DNA of 64,000 nt, taken from assembly GCA_964016885.1 (NCBI GenBank), contig OZ024740.1, forward strand, positions 111,352,001-111,416,000. The letters are read 5' to 3'. Numbering within the stretch: the stretch's first letter is position 1; every line of letters begins with the position of its first letter. Source of the stretch: Eledone cirrhosa (lineage: Eukaryota). The notes beneath the pieces are model-generated. The model had not been told where the DNA came from. It did not search any database and saw nothing but the letters and a program-made list of their open reading frames with translations. Below are positions 25,523 through 37,519 of this stretch, piece after piece. A program made the translations under genes and the position numbers.

Positions 25523-27985
25523 TTAACTGTATACTTTGTGAAAAGTTCTATGGAATTTATGCAGGCAGATAGAAAACAAATCTGTGCGTCTATTTATTAT
25601 AGAATCTAGGTTAGAGATAATGGTAAATGTTTCATTTAGGCAGAGATTACAGATTTTAGATAGAGAGCTGTTCAAGTATGAGGATGCAGAAGAAATCTTC
25701 TTCCAAAAGATGGTATATTTAATGTTTTTGTCTTTTAAGGACCATATGAGTTCTGAGAGAGCAGTGTTAGTTCTTTTAAGTTTGTATTTGAAAGATGAAT
25801 GATGATTATAGAGACGAGCTTTAAAAGAGGTGGAAGTGGAGCCAAAATAGGTGAAGGAATTGGTGCTAGTTATAATTTTACATTCATAAATTAAGTTTTT
25901 ATCGAGACAATGGTTGTTGAGAGGACATTTATTTTTAATGCGGCAGTTGCAATTAGAGAGATTATTAATGAGTGATCTAGTGTTATCTATAGAAGGAATT
26001 GGATTGGAGAAGTTGTTTGCGATAGGAATAATAGGAATAATAGTTTCTTGATTTAGAGTTGGATTATGAACATTTAGCGAAGTTGTGTTTGACGTTGTAT
26101 TTGGGTTTACAGAAGTTAGCCTAGGGTTTACAATGACGTCGGGAGTACTATTACTGTTATTATGAAATTCAATATTGGAAGGAAGAGATTTAGTATTTAA
26201 TATTTTGTTGTTGTGTTTAGAGATGATGTTGGAAATATTGGAGGATGTAGAATACGAAAATTTGATGGTGTGTTTGTTAAATATTTTACTATAGATATGT
26301 GAGGGAGGGAAGCATTTATTTAAGGCACTAAAAAATAATTTAGGAATATTGTTATTAATAGAGATGGAGAAAGGAGCATTATACCAGATTATGTTTTTGT
26401 ATCTAGGTCTTTTATTAAAATTATTGGAATGGTCATGATTAATTATTCTACTGTAAGTTTTTCTAGAATTTGTTTCTTTATTATATTTGATTTTATCTGG
26501 ATAGCCGGCTTTAGAAAGTGCGTTATTATAGTAATTGGCGTTAGCATCAAAGATGTTTTTATTAGAAGATATGTTAGATATTCTATTTCCAATATTATTA
26601 ACTATAGCATTCTTGATATTGGTAGGATGGTTAGATTTAAAGTTAACATAATTAAGGTTCTCATTGTTTTTATGGTAAGTGTAATATAGGCCAGTGTCAA
26701 GATTAAGAGATACATCCAAGAAATTAGCTAGTTTGATACTATTATCAAATTCAATTTTTAGGTTATGTTGGTTAAAGAGATTACGTATATTGTTCTTAAT
26801 AATATTAAGTTTAACTATATTGCAATTTAGGATAGTAAAGAGTCCATCGTCACGATAAATTCCACCGCGAAGTTGAGGAATTTTCCGACTCAAAGAGTTC
26901 AAAATGAAGATACCAATTAAATCAGTCAATTGGGATGAATCGGATGCTCCCATTGTGATGTCGAAGTTGTTAGAGGTATCGGCTCTGGTCCAATATTCGT
27001 TGCTGAACTCTAGGATGGTTTTACGTGCGGTGAGGATGATGTGAAGTTCATCTGTGGTGATGTCAGAATATTTAAGTGCGAAAGATAGAGCATTATTGAG
27101 AAGTGAAGGCGAAATGGAGGAATAGTAGCTGGCAATATCAAATTGAATAAATTTTAGTTTGTTTTTATTATCCAATTTGTTGAACCAGCCAATCACTTCA
27201 GAAGTACCAAACCATAAATTTAGGTTCAAAGAAGAGCAATTAGAACTAACCTGTGGGATAATCCTATCCAAGATGGCTTTACTAACAACCCCCAGATCAG
27301 ATTTAGAGGGGGCGATTAATCTAACAGATAGTTCAGTGCGAAGATTGTTTTTGTGATCCTTGAGATTTATCCTCGGAGTTCTTGGGAGGAATGGTTCGGT
27401 CTTTTTTTCAATGCCAAGTTTTGACATAATCTCATAGGCTTCAAGGTTTATGCATTCTACATTTTCATGGTTGGTTTTACGATACTTTTTCCTAAGTTCC
27501 TTTAGGATAAGGTTGTTATAATTATCCTTGGAAATACCATATAGGTTATTGGTTTTGTCAGAGTGGACTAAAACATTTTTTGAGGAATTTAGGTTAGAGA
27601 TTGTGTTCTTGAGATTTACAAGGTGCTCTTGTCCTTTGTAAGGGTATCTCTTGAATTTAAGATTTTTTATAATTTTAGTTAATTCTTCCTCGAATTGTAC
27701 TAGATTTTTGTTGGAAGGAGGATTTCGTCTAGAATTAAAAAGATGATCGAGGAAGTTGTGTTCTTTGGTATGAAAGTTCCCTTTTAGGCGCTGGTCATAG
27801 AAATAGGCTGTCCATCTAAGTCTTCTTACGAAGGAGTCAGTTTTTTCAATAAGAAGTTTGGTGAATTCAGATTTACCAGGTATAGGAATGTCTTTAGTTG
27901 AATTGGTTATGTTGTAATAATCCATATTGTAGAAGAAGAGGTGAAGGACCATCAAAAGGTATCCAATATGAGAGTAAGCGCTCAA
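25523..27985 (-). CDS. PLE polyprotein: reverse transcriptase + C-terminal GIY-YIG endonuclease (intact; probable ATG at 27925, ~800 aa)
   Basis: HSDKTNN, RT motif A QFDIASYYSSI, B' ITMGASDSSQLTDL, C YRDD; linker CNCRIKNKCPLNNHC; GIY-YIG-like NLIYECK...TYFGSTSTSFKARLYNHH...CNLCLNE. Confidence 0.95.
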   Translation of the reverse strand: MSAYSHIGYLLMVLHLFFYNMDYYNITNSTKDIPIPGKSEFTKLLIEKTDSFVRRLRWTAYFYDQRLKGNFHTKEHNFLDHLFNSRRNPPSNKNLVQFEEELTKIIKNLKFKRYPYKGQEHLVNLKNTISNLNSSKNVLVHSDKTNNLYGISKDNYNNLILKELRKKYRKTNHENVECINLEAYEIMSKLGIEKKTEPFLPRTPRINLKDHKNNLRTELSVRLIAPSKSDLGVVSKAILDRIIPQVSSNCSSLNLNLWFGTSEVIGWFNKLDNKNKLKFIQFDIASYYSSISPSLLNNALSFALKYSDITTDELHIILTARKTILEFSNEYWTRADTSNNFDITMGASDSSQLTDLIGIFILNSLSRKIPQLRGGIYRDDGLFTILNCNIVKLNIIKNNIRNLFNQHNLKIEFDNSIKLANFLDVSLNLDTGLYYTYHKNNENLNYVNFKSNHPTNIKNAIVNNIGNRISNISSNKNIFDANANYYNNALSKAGYPDKIKYNKETNSRKTYSRIINHDHSNNFNKRPRYKNIIWYNAPFSISINNNIPKLFFSALNKCFPPSHIYSKIFNKHTIKFSYSTSSNISNIISKHNNKILNTKSLPSNIEFHNNSNSTPDVIVNPRLTSVNPNTTSNTTSLNVHNPTLNQETIIPIIPIANNFSNPIPSIDNTRSLINNLSNCNCRIKNKCPLNNHCLDKNLIYECKIITSTNSFTYFGSTSTSFKARLYNHHSSFKYKLKRTNTALSELIWSLKDKNIKYTIFWKKISSASSYLNSSLSKICNLCLNETFTIISNLDSIINRRTDLFSICLHKFHRTFHKVYS

Positions 27986-28129
27986 CCGTTAAGGAGCAAG
28001 TTAATGTAGGAGGTGAGTTTTATTGTAGTACAATAAAGCAATGCAGATATCGGATAAGAAGCACTCTACAGTTTGTGGGACTGGAGTATGCATAATATAA
28101 GATCAAAAGATGGTTAAAGGAGTTCCATA

Positions 28130-28200
28130 TATTGGATTATGCGCATTTCAAAAACAAACATCATCATGCAATAATATTTGTGTTTTCATCAGATAAAAAA
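28130..28200 (-). ncRNA. Type I hammerhead motif in PLE 5' pLTR (stem I 3' strand mutated)
   Basis: Core and ATGCGCAT palindrome intact; ataaaa has become atccaa after the cleavage site. Confidence 0.65.
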
Positions 28201-29452
28201 GGAGAACATGATATGAAGGCTAAAAAACACTTGTGGATAGTGCAGTTTTAAATCAACATATGAAAAGTGGTTTTAGATTGATGTGTGATATTGGGAAAAA
28301 TATTTTATTTAGAGAGGGGGGAGGATGAAAAGGGAAGGAGATGAGAGGGAGAGCTGGGTGATAGAGAGAAAGAGATAGTTTTTATAACTGAGAGGAGATA
28401 TATTTTTTACATAGAGAGGTTGAAAACCGTTGGAAGATACTGTATAAATTAAAAATTTTGAAAATTAACGAAGGGAGGATATGTGCGAGGAAAAAGTATT
28501 TTATTTAGGGAGGTGGGTGGGGTGGAAAGGATGAAAAAAAAAAAGGGGGAGGAGATGAGAGTGAAGGTGGAGGGGGAGAGATGGGTGATAGAGAGAAAGA
28601 GATAGTTTTTATAACTGAGAAAAAGATATATTGTTTTAATATAGAGAGGTTGGGAACCGTTGGAAGATAATGTATAAATTAAAGGAATTTGAAAATTAAC
28701 GAAGGGAAATTATGTATGAAGATAGAGAGAAAAAAATAATAATTGTGGGTGAATATTCTAACGTCAAAAAAAGAAATGTATGTATTGTGGCAATTTCAAA
28801 ATTAGCGAAGAGAAAAATTGTTAAGGTTTGTGTGTAGAAGGATTTGAGAAAAATAATGTGAAGTTAAAGTTTGTATATTGATTGAATTGATAATATGTGC
28901 GAATAAAGAGTTAATATGTATTAATAATGAGTTCGTTGATGGGGAGAAAAAAATAATAATAAATTAAGGATGAAATTGAGATTAAAAAGATTTATGATAG
29001 AGAGAAAAAATAATAATGATTGCGGATGAATATTCTAATGTCAAAACAAATGTTATGATTTTACAAGAAGATAGAATGAGGGTAATGAGTAAACGAGTAT
29101 TATAGAGTGTATAATGCCCTTCATCCTTTCCACCCCCCCCCCTCCCTAAATAAAATATTCTTTCCTCGCACATATCCTCCCTTCGTTAATTTTCAAAATT
29201 TTTAATTTATACAGTATCTTCCAACGGTTTTCAACCACTCTATGTAAAAAATATATCTCCTCTCAGTCATAAAAACTATCTCTTTCTCTCTATCACCCAT
29301 CTCTCCCTCTCATCTCCTTCCCTTTTCATCCCCCCCCTCTCTAAATAAAACATTTTTCCCAATATCACACATCAATCTAAAACCACTTTTCATATGTTGA
29401 TTTAAAACTGCACTATCCACAAGTGTTTTTTAGCCTTCATATCATGTTCTCC

Positions 29453-29522
29453 TGTTTTATCTGATGAAAACACAAATATTATCGCATGATGATGTTTGTT
29501 TTTGAAATGCGCATAATAAAAT
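29453..29522 (+). ncRNA. Type I hammerhead ribozyme in PLE 5' pLTR
   Basis: tgttttat-CTGATGA-aaacacaaatattatc gcat gatgatgtttgttttt-GAAA-tgcgca-TA^-ataaaata. Confidence 0.8.
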
Positions 29523-29667
29523 ATATGGAACTCCTTTAACCATCTTTTGATCTTATATTATGCATACTCCAGTCCCACAAACTGTAGAGTGCTTCTTATC
29601 CGATATCTGCATTGCTTTATTGTACTACAATAAAACTCACCTCCTACATTAACTTGCTCCTTAACGG

Positions 29668-32129
29668 TTGAGCGCTTACTCTCATATTGGATACCTTTTG
29701 ATGGTCCTTCACCTCTTCTTCTACAACATGGATTATTACAACATAACCAATTCAACTAAAGACATTCCTATACCTGGTAAATCTGAATTCACCAAACTTC
29801 TTATTGAAAAAACTGACTCCTTCGTAAGAAGACTTAGATGGACAGCCTATTTCTATGACCAGCGCCTAAAAGGGAACTTTCATACCAAAGAACACAACTT
29901 CCTCGATCATCTTTTTAATTCTAGACGAAATCCTCCTTCCAACAAAAATCTAGTACAATTCGAGGAAGAATTAACTAAAATTATAAAAAATCTTAAATTC
30001 AAGAGATACCCTTACAAAGGACAAGAGCACCTTGTAAATCTCAAGAACACAATCTCTAACCTAAATTCCTCAAAAAATGTTTTAGTCCACTCTGACAAAA
30101 CCAATAACCTATATGGTATTTCCAAGGATAATTATAACAACCTTATCCTAAAGGAACTTAGGAAAAAGTATCGTAAAACCAACCATGAAAATGTAGAATG
30201 CATAAACCTTGAAGCCTATGAGATTATGTCAAAACTTGGCATTGAAAAAAAGACCGAACCATTCCTCCCAAGAACTCCGAGGATAAATCTCAAGGATCAC
30301 AAAAACAATCTTCGCACTGAACTATCTGTTAGATTAATCGCCCCCTCTAAATCTGATCTGGGGGTTGTTAGTAAAGCCATCTTGGATAGGATTATCCCAC
30401 AGGTTAGTTCTAATTGCTCTTCTTTGAACCTAAATTTATGGTTTGGTACTTCTGAAGTGATTGGCTGGTTCAACAAATTGGATAATAAAAACAAACTAAA
30501 ATTTATTCAATTTGATATTGCCAGCTACTATTCCTCCATTTCGCCTTCACTTCTCAATAATGCTCTATCTTTCGCACTTAAATATTCTGACATCACCACA
30601 GATGAACTTCACATCATCCTCACCGCACGTAAAACCATCCTAGAGTTCAGCAACGAATATTGGACCAGAGCCGATACCTCTAACAACTTCGACATCACAA
30701 TGGGAGCATCCGATTCATCCCAATTGACTGATTTAATTGGTATCTTCATTTTGAACTCTTTGAGTCGGAAAATTCCTCAACTTCGCGGTGGAATTTATCG
30801 TGACGATGGACTCTTTACTATCCTAAATTGCAATATAGTTAAACTTAATATTATTAAGAACAATATACGTAATCTCTTTAACCAACATAACCTAAAAATT
30901 GAATTTGATAATAGTATCAAACTAGCTAATTTCTTGGATGTATCTCTTAATCTTGACACTGGCCTATATTACCCTTACCATAAAAACAATGAGAACCTTA
31001 ATTATGTTAACTTTAAATCTAACCATCCTACCAATATCAAGAATGCTATAGTTAATAATATTGGAAATAGAATATCTAACATATCTTCTAATAAAAACAT
31101 CTTTGATGCTAACGCCAATTACTATAATAACGCACTTTCTAAAGCCGGCTATCCAGATAAAATCAAATATAATAAAGAAACAAATTCTAGAAAAACTTAC
31201 AGTAGAATAATTAATCATGACCATTCCAATAATTTTAATAAAAGACCTAGATACAAAACATAATCTGGTATAATGCTCCTTTCTCCATCTCTATTAATAA
31301 CAATATTCCTAAATTATTTTTTAGTGCCTTAAATAAATGCTTCCCTCCCTCACATATCTATAGTAAAATATTTAACAAACACACCATCAAATTTTCGTAT
31401 TCTACATCCTCCAATATTTCCAACATCATCTCTAAACACAACAACAAAATATTAAATACTAAATCTCTTCCTTCCAATATTGAATTTCATAATAACAGTA
31501 ATAGTACTCCCGACGTCATTGTAAACCCTAGGCTAACTTCTGTAAACCCAAATACAACGTCAAACACAACTTCGCTAAATGTTCATAATCCAACTCTAAA
31601 TCAAGAAACTATTATTCCTATTATTCCTATCGCAAACAACTTCTCCAATCCAATTCCTTCTATAGATAACACTAGATCACTCATTAATAATCTCTCTAAT
31701 TGCAACTGCCGCATTAAAAATAAATGTCCTCTCAACAACCATTGTCTCGATAAAAACTTAATTTATGAATGTAAAATTATAACTAGCACCAATTCCTTCA
31801 CCTATTTTGGCTCCACTTCCACCTCTTTTAAAGCTCGTCTCTATAATCATCATTCATCTTTCAAATACAAACTTAAAAGAACTAACACTGCTCTCTCAGA
31901 ACTCATATGGTCCTTAAAAGACAAAAACATTAAATATACCATCTTTTGGAAGAAGATTTCTTCTGCTTCCTCATACTTGAACAGCTCTCTATCTAAAATC
32001 TGTAATCTCTGCCTAAATGAAAAATTTACCATTATCTCTAACCTAGATTCTATAATAAATAGACGCACAGATTTGTTTTCTATCTGCCTGCATAAATTCC
32101 ATAGAACTTTTCACAAAGTATACAGTTAA
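29668..32129 (+). pseudogene. PLE RT + GIY-YIG ORF with a single -1 frameshift near 31258 (possibly a homopolymer sequencing error)
   Basis: Matches the minus ORF apart from a few substitutions. It reads agatacAAAAcataatc versus AAAAA in the other copy; the downstream frame continues to TAA at 32127-32129. Confidence 0.85.
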
Positions 32130-33140
32130 TATTCAATTCTTTATCAATTTAGAATCTTTTCTCAAAGGCACATATACATACACCTCTTTAAAATATACCC
32201 ATCTACCTTACTTTAAAGGGCATTATACACTCTATAATACTCGTTTACTCATTACCCTCATTCTATCTTCTTGTAAAATCATAACATTTCTTTTGACAAT
32301 AGAATATTCATCCGCAATCATTATTATTTTTTCTCTCTATCATAAATCTTTTTAATCTCAATTTCATCCTTAATTTATTATTATTTTTTTCTCCCCATCA
32401 ACGAACTCATTATTAATACATATTAACTCTTTATTCGCACATATTATCAATTCAATCAATATACAAACTTTAACTTCACATTATTTTTCTCAAATCCTTC
32501 TACACACAAACCTTAACAATTTTTCTCTTCGCTAATTTTGAAATTGCCACAATACATACATTTCTTTTTTTGACGTTAGAATATTCACCCACAATTATTA
32601 TTTTTTTCTCTCTATCTTCATACATAATTTCCCTTCGTTAATTTTCAAATTCCTTTAATTTATACATTATCTTCCAACGGTTCCCAACCTCTCTATATTA
32701 AAACAATATATCTTTTTCTCAGTTATAAAAACTATCTCTTTCTCTCTATCACCCATCTCTCCCCCTCCACCTTCACTCTCATCTCCTCCCCCTTTTTTTT
32801 TTTCATCCTTTCCACCCCACCCACCTCCCTAAATAAAATATTTTTTCCTCGCACATATCCTCTCTTCGTTAATTTTCAAAATTTTTAATTTATACAGTAT
32901 CTTCCAACGGTTTTCAACCTCTCTATGTAAAAAATATATCTCCTCTCAGTTATAAAAACTATCTCTTTCTCTCTATCACCCATCTCTCCCTCTCATCTCC
33001 TTCCCTTTTCATCCTTCCCCCCCCCTCTGTAAATAAAATATTTTTCCCAATATCACACATCAATCTAAAACCACTTTTCATATGTTGATTTAAAACTGCA
33101 CTATCCACAAGTGTTTTTTAGCCTTCATATCATGTTCTCC

Positions 33141-33208
33141 TGTTTTATCTGATGAAAACACATATTATTGTATGATGATGTTTGTTTTTGAAATGCGCAT
33201 AATAAAAT
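33141..33208 (+). ncRNA. Type I hammerhead ribozyme in PLE 3' pLTR
   Basis: Same motif as 29453-29522. Confidence 0.8.
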
Positions 33209-33333
33209 ATATGGAACTCCTTTAACCATCTTTTGATCTTATATTATGCATACTCCAGTCCCACAAACTGTAGAGTGCTTCTTATCCGATATCTGCATTG
33301 CTTTATTGTACTACAATAAAACTCACCTCCTAC

Positions 33334-33417
<84 letters not shown>

Positions 33418-33569
33418 CAGGTACACATACATATATGCACGTATTAGTTTAGCGGACGCTTATTATAACGCCGCTTTGTTCGTTTGTAAACAAACTGAAC
33501 AGCCTGAATTTTTATGCCGTACGGTGTTAAGGCAACCACGTCACCTTTTTGTTCACCACTGACACAGGA

Positions 33570-33612
33570 ACGATGTACTAGTTTCAAGCTTGTTAGCTAT
33601 CATCAGCACCGT
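33570..33612 (-). ncRNA. Minimal type I hammerhead ribozyme motif
   Basis: acggtg-CTGATGA-t agc taacaa gct t-GAAA-ctag-TA^-catcgt; palindrome ACTAGT. Confidence 0.8.
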
Positions 33613-33863
33613 ATACCCATCTGACAGATAGTTGAACGTTCGAAAGTATATACTTTCTTTATGAAAATTAACGGCTGAGAAGCCTAATTTGCATATCGAG
33701 TGAGCTAAGTCGGTCAGGCATACCGAAAACGATAAGTTGAAATAAAATGAAAACGAAATTTCATTTCTCACTCTTAGTACGGCACTTACTTAAATGTAAG
33801 TATGTGTGTATACGTACATACATATATGTATACAGACGTACAGTAGCATGCATATATATATAT

Positions 33864-34476
33864 ATGGTGGTGGCTGCCAACTCGTTTTCGAGAACGGCCA
33901 CTACTTTATATCCATGTAGGAGAACCCCTACCAATGCGCTGAACGACTGTGACTTTTTAGTCCAGCCGGCGACTTGAAAACTCTGGTACAAACACTACAC
34001 TTGTGACAACTATTGACACATAGTGCTGGGCCCATGGTACCATGTGACGACAAGTGCAGAGAGATCTCCAGATATAAAGCAATGCTTGTGCCGTGAAGCT
34101 TTTATAGTGAGCAAAGGCACTGCACAAAGCCAGTCCCACTCTCTTAACCAAGATGATATTTACCAAAAAGAAAAACAAGTCAACATCATTGGATACCATC
34201 AGGGTTGCAGGTGTTATATCAGAGTTTTCCTTCTCATAGAATTCTGCCTTGACAAAGGCTAAGGGGTCATCTCTCCCGGTGATTTTGGATGGCCATTGAC
34301 ACTTAAGAGCTCCTTTGCCCTTTGACAGGTTTTGTTTTTAGTCCTGCAGGATGTCCAATGTCACCCGCCTCACCAAGAAACCTTGGTGGGGTTGCCAGTT
34401 TAGTCGCCAACGACCCGACCATGAGACAGGTTGTACTGGGATACATGTTACCAGTAGCACCAACTGGTGACCTGAC
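33864..34476 (-). mobile_element. Bipartite non-autonomous RTE-derived retroposon
   Basis: The 3' part encodes a C2H2 finger HKCSVCTRVFKSPAGLKSHSRSAH, as at RTE ORF ends. Five copies in the window; others end in (ATGT)n. Confidence 0.65.
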
Positions 34477-34793
34477 ATATATATATATATATATATACAT
34501 ATATACATACAGGTACACATACATATATGCACGTATCAGTTTAGCGGACGCTTATTATAACGCCGCTTTGCTCGTTTGTAAACAAACTGAACAGCCTGAA
34601 TTATTATGCCGTACGGTGTTAAGGCAACCACGTCACCTTGTCAGTGTTGAAAAAAAGGTGACGTGGTTGCCTTAACACCGTACGGCATAAAAATTCAGGC
34701 TGTTCAGTTTGTTTACAAACGAACAAAGCGGCGTTATAATAAGCGTCCGCTAAACTGATACGTGCATATATGTATGTGTACCTGTATGTATAA

Positions 34794-34840
<47 letters not shown>

Positions 34841-34919
34841 TGCTACTGTACGTCTGTATACATATATGTATGTACGTATACACACATACTTACATTTATA
34901 TATATATATATATATTTCT

Positions 34920-35587
34920 AGGGCGGGTAAAATTTCCGAGATCCATGGACGAGAGTTCTCTTCAGCGGTCTCTGTCTCTCATTTTCGCTGCCATGTCCTG
35001 CGTCTCCAACAGGCCAGTGTCTGTCCTTAGTGCATCAACAGGCGTTAACCTTGGTCTTCCTCTTCCAGTGTGTCCATGTAGGGGCTCCCACAGGGGCACT
35101 GAGTGCAATGTGAACTATGGATGTCGGTGAATATGTCCAGCTAACCTCAGTCTCCTCTGTTTCCCTTTTGAGCTGACATTTGGGAGGCTCCCATAAAGCT
35201 CTGTGTTTTTCATCCTCAGTATATACTGATTAATGTTCAGAGCCACCCTCAGCATTCTCGGGTAGCACCCATCCACCATCTGTGGACCATCACTGCCTGA
35301 TGATCTTACAGGCTTATGGAATCCCCAAGAAGATAGTGGACCTGATATCACTGCTCTACACCAACACTAATGTCCAAGTCATTACACCTGATGGGATGAC
35401 ATAGTTCTTTGAGATACTGGCTGGTGTGCTCCAGGGAGATACATTGGCTCCCTACCTTTTTATCATCGTAGTGGGCTATTGTATGCGCCTTGCACTGGAG
35501 AAACACCAGGACTCTGGCTATACTGTAGCACCGGCTCAGACCAGGAGAGTTAAGGCGAAAAAGATATCAGATGCTGAATTTGCCGAC

Positions 35588-35590
<3 letters not shown>
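34920..35590. pseudogene. RTE-type LINE fragment with internal inversion
   Basis: Plus: GVLQGDTLAPYLFIIVV...EFADDI. Minus: DGCYPRMLRVALNI...RRLRLAGHIHRHP. Confidence 0.75.
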
Positions 35591-35648
<58 letters not shown>

Positions 35649-35956
35649 GCAAAACTACGAACACACTAAGATAGACTTATCCAATCCAGCGTACACATAC
35701 ATACACACAGGCAAACACACATGGACACTTTCATTTGCTTCCTGATTTACATTAAACTGATTTACTTACTGACAGACAATCAATTTGGATAGACACCATT
35801 AAACATACACACACAAATATGTGTGTGTCTCATAGACGGTATAAGTGTGTTTGTGTTTATACAGTATATTTCTATATGTGTACAGATATACGGCAATGCG
35901 TACATGTATGTATTTATATACCTATTTTTGTCAATCTATCTATCTATCTATCTATC

Positions 35957-36920
35957 CTGGGTCAAGAAAAGACCGAAAACGATGGGCGCCTGGCACATTG
36001 AATGCGCTGAGGCGCTCACAGTCCTCTGGCAAGCGGGTGCAGCAATCAGTGGAGATTCCACTTCGACATTCTATAGAGGGATTGTACGTTATAAGGGCGA
36101 CGACGTGCTCGGAGAGGCACTGGGCGTCGAAGACGATGAGCTCACCAGTCTGTTTGGTAGGACTTTCCACCCGGGACCTATGGACAACTTCCAGAGGTCC
36201 CTGGCCTGGCAGTGCAACCGAGGTGCTCTACCGGTTCGTGACAAGATCTACAGGCACGGACACCCTGGCAGGGATCCTTCCAAGAGGGTGTGTCCAAGAT
36301 GCGCGCAGGACATTGAAACAGTCCTGCACGCAATTGTACACTGCCCGGGCGTAACTGACCTGTGGAACTATGCAGAACAACTGCTGTCGCGTATGGGACA
36401 AATCCAGTTGACTGCCGAGTCCATAGTAATGATCAAACCTCTTTCAAAAAGAGAGGCGATTTTCCTCTGTACGGTGGCTATGGTGAAAGAAGTTAGATGG
36501 TGGACGAGATCGAGAGGACTGAGGACAGATGCCTTTCTCTCCGGACAACAATTGATTCCCTTCTTTAAGTATCACTTTAGAAGGAGAATCAGAGTGGAGA
36601 GACAGGCACTGCACCCCAGTAAATATACTGAAAGGTGGGTGAATGAAGCGAAAGGTGGATCTTCTCTGTTTATAAGCCTGTATGTTGAAGAAAAGAGCAA
36701 AAGGAAGAAAGGAGCACTTGCACAACACGCTCCTGGAGTTGAGGGCTGTTCAATCTACGGGGTATTAAACAACTTATTTGTGGCGCGTGACCCCTATTGG
36801 GGATTTCGATTGTTGTAATTGTTTGTTTTTATATTTTTTACACGACTGTATGTAAAATCCCCGGCATGTCTTTGTATTGTCCCCTTTTCTTGTGCGCCCT
36901 TGTGGCTAATAAAGACATTT
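35957..36920 (+). mobile_element. 5'-truncated Tx1/L1-type LINE (ORF2 C-terminal zf-RVT-like region + 3' UTR) in (TATC)n
   Basis: LAWQCNRGALPVRDK...CPRCAQDIETVLHAIVHC. The 3' UTR matches 41690-41945; aataaa is followed by (TATC)n. Confidence 0.85.
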
Positions 36921-37519
36921 ATCTATCTATCTATCTATTTATATATCTATCTATCTATCTATCTTTCTGTTTGACGCGTGAAAGATCGCGGGTAAGATTT
37001 TTTCGAAATTTATTTACGAAAAACAGAACAAATTGTTTGAAAAAACATATTATTTTGTAGATTAACCCCCAAGCTGAATTGTCAGCTGGGTGGTAATCTC
37101 ATTTTATTTTAAAAATTGTTTTAAAATATCAAATTTTACAAACTAAATAACTTGAACAACACAAGAACGCTGGAGAACGTCAATAGAGAAAAGAGAGAGA
37201 AAGAGGCAGATATTAACGTTATAGCTGCTTCTGCTACTATGGACGTCGTCATAGATAGGACTGTCAACAAAGGGGAAAAAATGTTACCACTTGAAGATTT
37301 TAAAATTTCTACCGTCGAAGAAAAATAACAATAACGGAGAAAAATAACAATAACACACAGGAAAACACAGGAATTAAACCTATTAACATACATACACATG
37401 AAAAAGACATCAACAACTCCACAGATACATCTACACATAAAGTTTCACCTCATCAAGGAACTGAGATTTCCAACATCGAGGCTAACAACGATAACAGCAA
37501 CACCACACAAAAAAAAAAG

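Larger units (their letters stand above)
24406..29120 (-). mobile_element. Full-length Penelope-like element, minus copy of a head-to-head dimer
   Basis: 5' pLTR ~28003-29120, ORF, and 3' repeat ~24406-25437 that duplicates 28092-29120; ends in (TA)n. Confidence 0.93.
29121..33335 (+). mobile_element. Full-length Penelope-like element, plus copy of the head-to-head dimer
   Basis: 5' pLTR 29121-29650 is directly repeated at ~32803-33335; near-identical to the minus copy; ends in (TA)n. Confidence 0.93.
33413..34899 (-). mobile_element. Non-coding ~480 bp HHR-bearing unit in tandem + inverted arrangement (retrozyme-like / non-autonomous PLE); its distal part lies at 24208-24327
   Basis: 24208-24327 = 33733-33853; 33413-33547 = 34503-34639; 34640-34899 is an inverted copy. 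The internal (TA)n is occupied by different inserts in different copies. Confidence 0.7.

Noticed and set aside
27925-27985. TTG start given by the ORF track for the PLE protein (also 29668)
   Set aside because: Homology with the left-edge PLE begins at MDYYNITNSTKDIPIP, so the ATG at 27925 (29728 in the plus copy) is the more plausible start.
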